A stretch of 64,000 nt of DNA, from positions 310,001-374,000 of the forward strand of contig NW_013547021.1 in the NCBI RefSeq assembly GCF_000711695.1, given 5' to 3'. A program made the position numbers and the translations under genes. The notes under the pieces were generated by a model. It had not been told where the DNA came from and did not search any database. It saw nothing but the letters and a program-made list of their open reading frames with translations. The first letter of the stretch is position 1; the number at the start of each line of letters is the position of its first letter. The stretch is from Tilletiaria anomala UBC 951 (lineage: Eukaryota). Positions 22,546 through 35,351 of this stretch are shown here, in pieces.

Positions 22546-23475
22546 ATGTCTACTATCCCAGAGCAAATGAAGGCGGCATGCCCCACCAACGTCAAGAAGC
22601 CGATGGGGGTCAAAGCGATCCCAGCGACAAAGGGCCGTAAGGATAGCGAACTGCTGCTAAAGATCGTGGCCGCAGGATGGTGCCACACGGATATACACGT
22701 GTCAGAAGGTACCTAAAATACGGCAGAGCCTTCCCCAGCATGCTCGGCGAGTGTGTGCAAGTAGCCGGATACTAGATACAGGCAACAGCAGTTCACCTGT
22801 CCCATCTCAAGCAATGCTCACACGAACCATTCGGAGCCATTGCGGTCATGGGCCCAAACGCGTCTCGGTATTCAATATTCCAAGGCACTGGGTCGTAACG
22901 TCGTCGCCATTGATAACCGCCAAGAAGGTATCGACTCGGCCAACCGTGTTCCGTCTCACCTCAACCGGGCAAGACCTGCATGGTAGACAGCAATGAGGCA
23001 ATGAAAAAGGTTGGCGACGAGCTCGGCTCAAGCTTCTACGACACCAGTCCAGGCGTCGGCCGTCGTAATCAACGTCAAAGCAGGCTTCCTCCCAAGCTGC
23101 GCGCAAAACCTCCTGTGCAACGGAAGTTTCCCTGTCGATGCCGGCCTGTCTTCATTCAACAGATTGGAGGTTCATCCCTTCGCTTTAAAGTTCAAGAGGC
23201 AACACATCCGAGACAGGCTGACCTGCACACCATGTGAGGCCATCCTCGCCACTCGGAAGGGTTCACTTTACACTTAAAGTTCGCCAAGCGCTAATGTCTA
23301 TGCTTCCTCGCTCTCGCTTGTGAGAAGATAAAGTCAAGGAGCTGCTCGATCTGTACGCGAGCCAAAGGTGCACAACCCATGTCGAGACGACGTATAAGAT
23401 CGACCAGAGCAACGACATGATCGAGCATTACAAGAGTAGTAATGTTAAGGCTCGCCTGTGCATGGTCTTTGTAAT
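22546..23475 (+). pseudogene. Degenerate zinc-dependent alcohol dehydrogenase (MDR family) pseudogene
   Basis: MSTIPEQMKAA...LLKIVAAGWCHTDIHVSEGT ends at an in-frame TAA (22714-22716). Later fragments in shifting frames read QYSKALGRNVVAIDNRQEGI, VHPFALKFKRQHIRDRLTCTP and a C-terminus VKELLDLY...MIEHYKSSNVKARLCMVF. No GHE motif or structural-Zn lobe is recognisable. Confidence 0.8.
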
Positions 23476-24974
23476 GGACCACCCCCGCAGGACGTTGCAT
23501 GATCTTCCGGTGACACGCACAACTGAGCCGAGACGTACATCTCTACAAAAAGTCTGACGACTCCATTAGCCACGTACGCGAGTTCAAGATGTGGAGCGCT
23601 TCGCTACATTACCTTGTATCCAATTGCCCATCCACTGCAATGGAATCGACAACTTGTCCACTATGTTACATCACCTGTGCTACATCCTAGATGTGTACCT
23701 CTTCGAGTTGCTGTCTTCTGCGCGCCCTCGACTTGGCCACTTCGCATCCCTTCCGCAATAAATTGCATAATGGTTGGTCTCAACACCACTCCACACCACA
23801 CCGTCGCGCCGGAGCCTCGTTCCGAGGTGCCTGCCGGCTTGGCGAGATTGCGACAGTGCCACTTTCGCAAAGCAAAGCCCCTCGGAGGGTCCCGAAGGGA
23901 CGAGATCACACAAGGCGATTAAAACTGTGACTTCCAGATTGGATTCTTACACTCTCACAGCATGGAGCTTGCATGTCGGACTCTTCAGTGGGGAAATTAG
24001 AAAAGGATGCGGAGACGCGCCACGGAAGTTAGATGCACACGGGTGATGATGAAGATGGTGGTGGTGCGGTGACCGGAGAACAAGTACCCCGAGGCGTGAT
24101 AGATAGCCAACAAAGAGCTGTGCCGATCTGTGCTTGTTGGACGCGCCACCATCAGTGCCATGTGTGACGTCACAACCACCAAGCCGCCGAGAGTTAGCAT
24201 TTTCACAGCCATTGTGGCCCTGCGCGCTCTAGTAGCTGTTCGACTGGATCGTGAGATCCACGGCATGGCGTTACACTGCAATTAAAAGAGGGCGCTTACA
24301 ATTTGGACAGCGCCAGAACAGTGTAACCTCGCCGGTGCAGTGAGCTCTGTGTTCTGGAGCCCAGCCGCGCTGCTGGAGCGGCACTCAACGTATTTTACCG
24401 CTGTGACCCCTGTTCATCACTTTTCTACGCTTCTCTCGCACCACCAACTTGGGGTTGGCACAGCCCACAGCACTGCAACGGCATCATCGCACATCCATCG
24501 TTCTTCCTATCACACACCTTGAAGGGGTTTTTTTTTGCTAATGAAGCGCTTGTTGCGCTCTTGCACAGTTCCGATTTTGGGTGAAGACGTTTGGCTGCGC
24601 CGCCACACAGAGAGCTCGTCAAATCCTGAGTTTGGAATTCCCACTGGCGACTTCGACTTTGGCTGACTGTTGCTGGAGTTCCTCTGACGTGTGCCATCAA
24701 TGCTAGCCGCCTCTCTCCTCTCTCTGCTGCGTTTGCGTACACAGTGCTGTTTTTGAGGCCAGGCAGGTTGTCTTCATTAAAAAGGCATCCTCCGTTTCTG
24801 CATTCTCTTCCCACCCCCTCTCCGTCAGATATAATTCTGAATCCTGCCACCGCCTTATTTCTGCGAGAATCGAAAACGAAGCTACAGGGAGAGCTAGCTA
24901 GCCTCCAACCTGATTACCAAACGACACTCGAATCCAAACCAACGTGTGCTAGGAGATCAGCAATCAACACAAAA

Positions 24975-25912
24975 ATGGCGCGCGGATTCTGCGTTGGACT
25001 CGGTGCGTCATCAACATTTTGAGGGAAACCCTGCATCCCTTGCAGCCTTCTGTACTGACAAATCTAACCACGATGTCAATTCTGGTCAAATAGGGGAGTT
25101 CCTCACGTTTGCAGCGATGGTTCTGGCCATTTTGGTAAACATTGGCCAAATTTCGCGTGAGCACCTCAATAGGTCGCCCCCCCTTCACCACCCTCAGGGA
25201 TAGCAGAACTTATCTTTCACATTTCCCTCTTCTCGCAGAGAACACTGTTGCGAGGCACTTTTACCTAGTTTCGGCTGACCTGACTGGTCTGCAAAACTCG
25301 CTGACGACCAACGCGGCAGCGACAAATGTGCAAGCGCATGACATCTACGCGACCGACCAGGCCTCCCCATTGCTTCAGAACAATGGTCTGCGACAATACT
25401 ACTACTGGGGCATGTACAGCGTCTGTGGAGGAGAGGGTGTCGGGGGCGCGCGGTCCTGCTCTCCAAATGAGTTTGTCCACCGCTTTGAGCCTCTGGACGT
25501 ACTGGAGGCGGACCAGAGCAAGAACTCTGGTTTCAATATCAGCACCGTCCTTCCTAGCGGCACGATCCAGGATAACGCGTACCTTGGTAAATTCTCCAAC
25601 GGCGCTAGTATCATTCTGCTTGCCGGGACAATAGCCGCAGGTCTGGCCTTCCTCGTCAGCTTCCTCGCTCACCACTTCGCCTTCCTCATCTCGGCCCTTC
25701 TCGCGCTTCTCGCTGCTGTCTGCCTTGCCGTTGCAGCTGCTATCTGGACCGCGCTTGTTGCGAAGGTGCGGTCATCTCTTACGAGCGTCAACATTGGCCT
25801 TGTCGTCCACTACGGCCAGTCCATCTGGCTCACCTGGGGCGCTGCTGGCGCATGCCTCCTCGCATTTGTTCCTCTCGTCCTCTCCTGCTGCACTGCCAGG
25901 TCCAAGTACTAG
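24975..25912 (+). CDS. SUR7/PalI-family four-TM membrane protein (introns 25003-25093, 25157-25238; ~254 aa)
   Basis: TM1 FLTFAAMVLAILVNIG, claudin-like loop motif YYWGMYSVCG...C, three more hydrophobic helices, and YGQSIWLTW before TM4. Confidence 0.85.
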
Positions 25913-26339
25913 AGTCAATCAGCGGACAAAGAGGGATTATTGGAAGTCAATCCGGCTTGACTTCATCGCTCGCACCATTCTCCACCTTCACAACTTTATT
26001 TACGACACGATAATTTGCTGATACTTCCCTCTGCTGGCGGAATATGACGCACCTGCTGAAACGGCGCGACGAAAATCATGCAGATCGAATTAAGTAAAGC
26101 CCACGGCCTCAAGTCTCACCGTATTTTTGACTTTGGTTGTTATTCTGGTCATGCTTCCAGCGCACGCGATCCTTGTGGTTAGGCTCGGTAGCAACATTTC
26201 CCAATACCCCACTGTTTGCATTCACGCAAGAATGAAAGGAGAGCGAGTTGCATCTTATAATTGTTAGAATTCCTGAAGTAAATATATTAAAATAGGTCCA
26301 GGAGCGAGGCTGAAGCAGGTTTGCTATAGTGTCACTTGA

Positions 26340-27926
26340 TCAAGCCTTTGCACTTTTCTTATCTTCAAGGTCGGCTAGCCAGAGCTTGACGCGCCTCCAG
26401 ACAACCTTGCTTTCGGGGATGAGGGCCGGGTTGGTGCCCATGTCGTGGTGCATGCCAGGCGACACGAGCCATTCGGCGTCGACGCCGGCCTGCCTAGCCT
26501 TGTCGAGGAACATCCTTCCTTCGTCCAGCAGCGTCTCTGCGCCGCCAGCATGCACGAACAGCGGCGGAAGCTCAGCGAACTCATCCGGCTCCATGTGAAC
26601 CGGACTGAGCCACGCGTCCTTCGTGGAGATGGGGAGCGACTTGATGTACTGCGGTCCTATGCCAAGACAGTCGGTGCCCCAATTGGAATACGCGGCGGTG
26701 ATGATGTCGTACTTGAGGTTCACCGCTCGACTGGCGAAATCCTCGTTCTCGATTGTTACCCAGGGAGATAGGAGCAACAGGCCGGGCTGCTTGCCAGATT
26801 GGCCCTTGGTGAGCTCCGCAGGAAGGTGGGACCAGACGTCGCGCATCCAGCGGTTGAAGAGGACCGTAGTGAAGCCTCCGTACGAGTCGCCGCCAACGTA
26901 CACCTGTGACGAGTCGTAGCCGAGATCGCGTGTGAGATAGAGCCAAGCGCCCAGAGTCTGCAAGACCGTGGTCGGGTACCTGGCATATGGAGCCAGGTCG
27001 TAGTCCACAGCTACAAAACGAATTGAAATGACATGTTAGTGAGGGCGGCTCGTGCTCGAGTGGAACATGGCTCACGTAGCAACTATTCACATAATATATC
27101 GACATTGGCTGTCCGCGCGAGGTTCTTCGCGAGCGTGTCTCCCATGAACATGTCACCAGCTGCGAAGGAGACTCCAGCACCGCCGTCTTTGTGTAACCGG
27201 CAGTCCGGAGGGGTTCAGTTGAGCTATGACAGCCGGATATGAAATCAGGTCCCCAGCCATGTACTTACGGATGTACAGAAGGACAGGACGTTTCCTCTTC
27301 TCATTGTCACCCGGATTAGGAGGCATGATTCCGGGACTACGCATGTACCAGAAAGCCCTGCACCTCGCCTTTGCCCAGTAGGGCTGAATCAGAGGCCTGC
27401 CAACGTACCTCGGGCTCGAGACAACCTGATCCACCTTGTTCGGCACGTTCACGCTGAGGATACCACGAAGCATCTCTGGCGGCGGGGGGTTGAACCAGAC
27501 ACGGTCGAGGCGCTTGGCCTTGATCTTGAGGCGTTGTTGGGTCTTGTTGTCGGCCATTATGGACACACCAGCAGAAGAGAACGAAATGGCTTGGAGCAGT
27601 GGAGCTAGACGGGAAGTTTCCCGCCATCCATTCTCCTTATTAGGGATGGGCGAGAAGCGAATGAGGCCCATGCAGATGATGGCGATGCGGACGAGCTCAG
27701 TAAATACGCCAACCTTAAAGCTCCAGAGAGGGTGCCGACGCAGGAATGGGAAGATGTTCTTGAGAATAATGAACGGAGCTGTTGTGAGGACGACCGGGGT
27801 GGTGAAGGCATGTTGGAGGATCAGTCGCAGGAGGGGTAGCCAAAAGTGGCGCCGCGGGATTCTAGCGTTGCGCGCAGCCGCAACCGCCAGCAGGTCCAGC
27901 TCGGACAATTTCGATTCGGAAGCCAT
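26340..27926 (-). CDS. Alpha/beta hydrolase of the HSL-like family (Say1/esterase-like) with a hydrophobic N-terminal segment (introns 27187-27268, 27011-27090; ~474 aa)
   Basis: Oxyanion LLYIHGG, VDYDLAP..YP, nucleophile elbow GDSYGG, LLLSPWV, AGGAETLLDE and PGMHH. Confidence 0.88.
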
Positions 27927-29070
27927 AATGATAATAACCGGCCGCTTTTGAGGCAAGGCGTGGCATACGGAGGTGTCGGCGAGTAGCGACGCGGCCGGTG
28001 GCAGAGAGAGAGCTGTGCACGGGGTGTCGACCGTGGATGCCTCACTGCGACTCACTTGCAGATGCGCATGCGTGGAGCCTGGAGACCCGATTGCGACAGA
28101 AGATTGAAGCTTTGCTTTGAAGAGGATGACGCCAGGGGATGAGATACCAATCACCGTACAATCGGATAGTGTGTATTGTGCACATCCAAGAGAGAACTCG
28201 AAAGTGTGGGGACAGTCGAACAGCCGACAGCTTGCCGGCAGGCGATGTGTGGCCTGTGAGCCTCGTGAAAGCCCCGCCGGCCGCCAAAGACGTCGAGAGA
28301 CCCCTGGGTGCATAACCCTAGTTGGGGACAGCGCTGTTTGCGTTTGTGGTGACTTCCCCGCAATTGTGTCTGACACCGATGCTAACTTTGACTTGGAGTT
28401 CAGAACTAGGCGATGTTAGCTGTCTAAATAATAAGTGATAGTGCGGGTTGCGGATCGGATGAGCGAGAGACGACGGCCGAGGGTCTAGTCTTTGGTCCAT
28501 CCGACTTCCCTGTCTGCACCATCTCTCCATTACTCTGCTCTTGAAGCGACCCACATCTAATATGTAGGTGTAGGTGGATTCCCAAGCTGATGGCTGATCA
28601 TGTGAGGAGTAACCGCCAACGACTGGTATTGCCATGCTGTGAGCTGATGGACTTGCAAATAGGTTGCCACACCATAAATAGATTGCGGACTTGACTTTAT
28701 TAATGATCAGGACTTGCAGCGGGCTAGGCATACTGGCGATGAGCTGACAGGTGGACAGTCAGAGAAGACTCAAAAGGGCATCCATCATATGTGAGCGGAG
28801 CTCACAACGCTGCTTGAAACCCGACGTGGGGGGAACTTGTTGCTGACTTGACCGCGATTTGAACTCGCAACGCGTATTCACCGTCTCGTTTCACAATCGA
28901 AACATGAATTGCCATTGAACATCCACAAGGTAGCAACATCATCCTTGATCGCCTTCTGCTGTGCGAAAAGCCGAACAACGCATCGACGGCGCCATCCCGC
29001 TGGTAGTAGGGAATCTATCGCTGCAGAAGTCCATTGCTCAATCGGCGCGGGAGAACTTCATGTGCAACCG

Positions 29071-32000
29071 ATGGACACCAGATCATTAGAAGGGTCTGAG
29101 CCGTCAGCTGCCACCCATGCGGCCAGCTGGGCTCAGCTGTGCCAGCCTTCATCGACAGCAGCGCAGCTCTCGTCTGCTTCTGTGTCTTTTAACAGCCTGC
29201 AGCTGAATGTACCTGCCCTGCCTACCACTTTCCCTTCAGCAGGCATCTGGACCAAATCACCAGAGACATCGACGCAGGCGACGACGAGCCCTAATGTCAC
29301 AGAGCAGGCCCCTCCCCTTCCCATCAATCGCTTGACTCCTTCTTGCTCGCGCTGCCGCATCAAAAAGCTGCGCTGCGATCGGAAGCAGCCATGCGGGCAT
29401 TGCATCGCCCGAGGCCTGGAGGCCGGGTGCCACAAGGATGAACGGTTGCAGAGAAAATCGACCAAGAACTTGGGAGTGCTCCCCACAAAGGCGAGTCGGT
29501 CAGGGGAGACGAAGCAATGCGCAGAAGGGACTTCGCAGCAGCAGAGTATGGCAAAGAACGTGGCGGCAGTCAAGACGGCCGAGAACGCAAAAGCAATTGC
29601 GAGAGGGAAACAAGGGGACATTATCACCGTAGAGGCTGCGAGAGAAGGCGCCGAACTCGAGGCGGCAGATGCAGAGATCCATCGACTCCGCGCTCGCGTT
29701 GCCGAGCTTGAGCAGGCGGCGCTCAAGCCATCGGGCCAGTTTCCGCCTGGCTCATTTGCATCGACAGTGACGTATTGTCCCCAGCTCGCTGGCTCATCGT
29801 CCGCCGGGAGGGCTTCTGTACCTTCCTGGCCGCCATCAACGAATGCGACTTCATCAGTGCCTAGCTCGGTGGAGGACTCTTTTAAGTCGTCGAAGAGCCG
29901 GAGGCTGGCATACGACAGAAGTCAGCCGGGTGCGAGGTCTCCTTTCGCCAACGCCGCGCCGCTGTTGCTGTCGCCTAGCCCGGTGGAAGCGGCTGCGGTC
30001 GCGCTTGAGTCCTTTGTTGCACCCGGGTCTATGGCTGCGCTAGAGCCTCCATTGGGCGCAGAATGGATCACTCCCTTCAAGTCGCTCGTGTCAAGCGCAG
30101 GACCCGATGCACGCTTCATCCCGCGCAGCGTTCACGCCAACAGCACCGTTGCCGATGATCAGCTCCACCCATACTGGTGCCCTTCCTCGGCATCTATGCC
30201 GCACCTAGAACGCCAGACGAGACGTCAAGAGCTGATTCAGTTACTCAAGAGGACCAAGGCGTCGCTGCCTTTTGTGCAAATTGAAACTGAGCTTCTCTTG
30301 GTTTTCGTGAGTGCTCCCTTATTTTTTATCGGTTTATAATTCTCGGCCGCTAACTTCTAATGTTTTGAAATCTGCCGTGCCAGCGTATTCGCGTCAACCA
30401 TATCATCGGGCATTGTATCTATGTTCCACGGCTGCGACAGGATCTCGCCGACGTTCGACAATTGTCGGTACATGCATTAGCAGCGTCCCCCTATGGTCAA
30501 GACCCGAGTCGCCTGGCGCTCATTTGCATGATTGTGAGTCGTTCATTGCACAGAGAAGAATCGCACGGAAATGCTGACAACCGAGAGCTTGATGCAACAG
30601 CTCGCTGTGTCTTTCCGGATCTACCCGGTGAATAAGCCAGGAATTCTGACAGACGAAGCAGCCTTCAACGCCATCTCCTCGCTCAAACTACAAGGGCAAG
30701 ATGCGTCGCTCAAGTGGCACTCTCTTGCCTTGGAATGCCTCGCCTTTGACAAGGTCTGGGAGTTTGTCTCACTCGCTGGTCTCCAGGCTGCAAGTCTGCT
30801 GTATCTCTACTCACAAGATTCTCAAGAATTCTTGCAGGTGGTTCATCGGTCAGCCATTCAAAGCGCGATTCACATGGGCCTGAATCGGCTGCCGGCAATT
30901 GCAGCAGAAGGGGGTCCAGGCGAAGCGTTGCAGGATCGAGTTCAGAATTTTTTGCGGAGAGAGCTAGGAGTCAGGATCTGGTGGAATCTTACTGTGAAAG
31001 ACTGGTGCAACGCCGCACGGACGTACACATGCGCGATCGATGAGGACCAAGTAACAACCCGCTGGCCGCTGGACGTGTCGGACGCCAACATTCAAGCCTA
31101 CCTCGACGGACGCAGTGACAACGTTCGCATGAACACACTCTCCCATCTCGAAGAATACAACGAGATGAGCTTCGTCTTTGCCCAGCTTGAGCTCGCCTTC
31201 ATCTCCAAAGCATCAGTCGATCTCATGAACAAGCAATTCCAACAAGGCCAAGCAAGACTCGTGTGGAACGACGAGAACAAGGCAAATATCGATGCGCAGC
31301 TGACTGCATACATGCGCCGCTTGCCGCACTACTTTAAGCCTGAAAGTACAGCCGTCTCACCTCCGCCCATGGTCATTCAACGCTGGCTCATCAATCAGCA
31401 GGTCTTTGACGTCATGCTCAAGCTTCATCGCTCAAAGCTTTCGACCCCAAATGGCAGGGCCTCATGCCTTGCACTGGCTCACAGCATCCTTAGCTCTCAC
31501 AAGGTGTGTTCTTCGTCATGCACGTGTCGAACATTCCCTTAAATACTCACTCGCATGTCTTGATTTACTGCTGTAGCGGGTCAGGAAAGCTTGCCCCATC
31601 ATCGACCACTTTTCCATCAATGATCTGCATCTGCTTGGCGCCACACTAGTCATCATGATCGACCTCCGCCTTTCCGACGTTGGGACCAGCGAACGTCGTG
31701 ATATTGTGGAAAAGGTTCGAGAGGTGTACCGATCGCTTCAGGCTTCCGACAAGTCCTCAACGCGCGCTCTCGCCATTGTACGGACCTTGCTGGCGGAAGA
31801 AGAGCGACACAGCCAGGCGATGGAGGCAGGACCCTCACCGCCACGCTCGCTGGCTGAAAAGCACGCCGATGTGCTCGAGCTGGCGAATCGTACGGTCAAA
31901 GAAGCGGTCAAGTCTCAGTCGGCAGGACAATCAGACGGTAGCCTGCTGGAGGTCTCGCAGATAACACTTGGTGTTCTTCCGATGGTGTGCGCGCCATGGG

Positions 32001-32221
32001 GTCCGCCGTGGCCACCGCGTACAAATTCTGAGGAGCGCGACGAGGACATTGACATCATCCAAACATTGCCACAACTCGCATCGTCGTCGGTTTCTGGATT
32101 GTCTCCGTTACCCATGCTCCAGCAACCAGCCACGACTGCTGCTGCCATGGCCACGGCCACACCAGACCAACTGTTCGATTGGCTCTTGGCCGGCGAAAGA
32201 CTCCCCGCTCCGCAACTTTGA
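29071..32221 (+). CDS. Zn(II)2Cys6 fungal transcription factor with middle homology region (introns 30307-30383, 30534-30600, 31504-31576; ~977 aa)
   Basis: CSRCRIKKLRCDRKQPCGHCIARGLEAGC, coiled coil EIHRLRARVAELE, fungal TF domain AIHMGLNR...RELGVRIWWNLTVKDW, and a C-terminal DQLFDWLL activation-like motif. Confidence 0.92.
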
Positions 32222-33107
32222 TGGAAGACGGCTCCGGATCATTCTCGGTACTTGGCTTGCTCGAACAGTGTTTACGAAGCCATAGAGATATGCTGTAACA
32301 ACAGATGTCACCGCACAACGATACCTCATCTTATTACGTCGCATCCCGTTCAAATTGCATTGAATTCGATCTGACACATCCATTGTCCACCACAGGTGAG
32401 ATAGAATTGCACAAGGTGACAGTGGACCCAGCGTCCTTGCCGCGGGTCGTCACGTAGAAGGTGCCATGAAAGCCACGCATGGGTCCCTGTGCCTCCCTCG
32501 TCACGCGTCACACCGCGCTGAGCGACTGGAAGATCAAATGGGAATAACTTGCAAATTGGACGCATGCCTGACCTCGAGCCAGTCCTACGCGCGGAGGGGA
32601 GCATCCTCGCTTCTGCCACCATCCCCGAACAGAGTTCCCAGCGGCCTCCTTCCCCTCACGGCCTCGTTCTCCGATCTGTTGTGGGGTTCGCTCAGCATCA
32701 GTCGCGCAGTGCGTGACCCCACATGCGCACAGCATATCACGGCGTCGTCGAGTTCCGCCATCTGGGGACCCCCATTTCTGGCTCATCTCTCTGGCTGATC
32801 CTCCCCCTCCCCCACTTGCTGCGTCATCTCGCTTTTCGCACCGTTCCCGCTCTTTCCAGGCAATGGCATGTGCCCCCTTTCACGTCTGTTCCACTCACAT
32901 GGCACCTACTTGCACAGAGCGCATAAACATACCTAATTCAAATTGATGGATTGTCCTCCCCCGCTTTCGGCTGTAAGGGATATATAAAGCTTAAGGTTGT
33001 TCGCCCCAACTCTTGCACAATATCTCTCTGCAATGTGCACCATATTGCTCCCTTCCACGGCGCTCGAAAATCGGAACACGTTACACCCTCAAAGCAACGA
33101 GCGCACA

Positions 33108-34694
33108 ATGAGCATCACCGTTGACAACGCCAGGGAGTCCGTGCCGCGTAAGTGTGTACGCGCGAAGCGCAAGCAAACACATAGCTACAATTGCTGTCCG
33201 TGGATTCTGACATCGCTGCTACGACGTGTCTTGCAGTGCTGGCCAAGAACCTGTTAAGCAAAGATCCGGTCTTATTCAACTCTGCCATCAACACGCACTT
33301 CGCCGCGCACTCCACTTACAAGGGCCACGGTCTCCAGTTACGTGGTGCCAGTGGAATCAAACACGTGGCTTACCTTCTCAACTCATTTGGCGCCGGACGG
33401 GCCGCTCTTCTGGATGAGAGATCAGTATCATTCGAACCTGGGTGAGTGCATTCATCGATATATATCGCAATGATAGCGCTAAATATGTGCACTTCGTGCA
33501 CCAAGCGAGAAGATCGCAAAAGTAGAAGCAATTCGGTTCTTAAAACCGCGCTTCTTCCCTTTCTTCGAGCTGGCCATGCCCGTGCGCACCACGATCATAT
33601 TTGAGGCCCCAAGCGGCGTCGATAAACAGGACAACGTGGGAGAGATTGATCAACGGCTGCTCGTCTCCAGGTTTGAAGATGAATGGTACGCTGAGAAGCT
33701 GATAAAGACCTTTCCCATCGCGGGCAATATGTGAGCAGTCCAGCATCAAACCGCTAACTTCGGAGTACGCTGAGATCACTTCTGTCCTGAACAGCTATGT
33801 CAAACTATTCGCTCCGATCGTATCCTTCATCGTCCTGACCGTCGCGAATGTGTTCTTCAAATTCACTCGCTCGTTCCGCACCTCAGCTCGCCACGCATTT
33901 GACGCTGTCGAGCCGCGAGCCAAGTCGATCGGCACTCGTGCGGACCACATTGTCCCTCAAACAGTCAAAGCGGGCCTACATCGCGGTATTGATGATGGCA
34001 TGAACCTTGCACATGGTTACGGAGAGAAGACGGTCAATTTCGTCACCAGTGTTGCGAAGAGACCTTTGGAGCTGGCCGAATGGATATCGCAAAAGGGCGT
34101 TGCGTGAGTTTTTCACTCTCGAGGATACCATCAGGATGTAGTGCTGATAAACGCGAGACGAGCAGCACTGTCAACGCCTTCCTACCGAAAGCTCTCGCGT
34201 TGCCCAAGCCTTATCTTCTATCCTATGATGATGACTCGATCTATATGCCCTCGCTTAAGAAGAGGCCAGCGGATAGCAGCAACGATAACGCACAGCAGCG
34301 CAAGAGGCACGAGGCGGAAGCTGATCTCGCCACGCAATCAGCCGTGCCCGAATCTGAGGCTACGGACGAGGTGCCGCCGCAAAACGACAGCACACCGCAC
34401 TCGCCTGTCGCGGCTACGGTCCAGATCGAGCCAAAAGAGGACAGCCAATTCGGCCAACACAGCATCGACATCGCATCTCGCATTGGCAGCGACGTGGCCA
34501 ATGACCCGGCGCCCTTGGCTGGTGACGTGCAGAAAGAGTCATTTTACGACAAAATCACTCATGGGCAGCACGCAGAGGACAACCGTAATTCTGGCGGCGC
34601 AAATCATGCCAGTGGCTCTGGTGGTCAAGGGCATGGCCATGGTCAAGGCCAGAAGCACAAGAACCGGAAGAAGAAAGGCAAGAACGGCAAGTAA
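33108..34694 (+). CDS. Uncharacterised protein with a possible NTF2/SnoaL-like N-terminal domain, a hydrophobic helix and a basic tail (introns 33148-33236, 33442-33505, 33731-33794, 34104-34165; ~435 aa)
   Basis: Five exons join in frame through canonical splice sites, and TATATAAA lies at 32981. The fold is inferred from pattern only (INTHFAAHSTYKG...LLVSRFEDEW). Confidence 0.7.
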
Positions 34695-35351
34695 GCTGCG
34701 CAGCTAGCATCCTTGCGCTTGTGATAGCAAAGTCGAACGCAACCGCCGAAAGGAAATTGTATGCATCCCGAAGTGACCGATTCCAATTCATAGCTTCCAT
34801 TCGTCCGCAGTTAGCAAGTTTGTTCCGCTGAAACAGTTATCACTCAAGCATCCAGCATTGTACTTTAGCAACACACTATTTGAATTCACCAGCTCGTCCC
34901 AAGTCAACAAGAACTTTCCCTCTCATATGCCAGTCAGTTGCGTGTTTCGTGCCATAGATTGTTGGTCGACATGAACCGCAAAGGTCTACTTTACAAGGTG
35001 TTGCGAAGGGCGGGAGTAGTCGGAATGTGTCGAGAAGTAACCTGTCCGCGTTGGGTGCGGATGCAGAGATCTTTAAAGTCGTCGCGGCGATAGGGTGTCC
35101 GAGGTGGGTGAATTGCATGGGTAGCAAGGTCGTTGATGGTGCATAGTTGGCCTGCGGCAGCCCCGCCCGTCCATATGGTCAAGCTGAAACTGTGAATCTA
35201 CACGCCCGGCTCAGAGTTCTTCCACCAATCGTAGCCCCTTTGGCCACGACGCCTCCGATATTTACAAACCGATTCCAGGCGGGAGATGGCATCCGACAAA
35301 ATGCGAGTAAAAGGCAAGGGTGAATTGAATGCTGAGCGGTCCGGACTACAT

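Noticed and set aside
27927..28376. Long N-terminal extension of the hydrolase ORF, and likewise 52189-52551 for ATH1 and 28909-29070 for the Zn2Cys6 gene
   Set aside because: These extensions begin at GTG/TTG from a prokaryote-style ORF caller and read as UTR; downstream ATGs give coherent proteins.
28845..28875. T-loop-like GTTCAAAT on the minus strand, with similar words near 33430 and 47812
   Set aside because: No complementary T-stem or cloverleaf can be built; not tRNAs.
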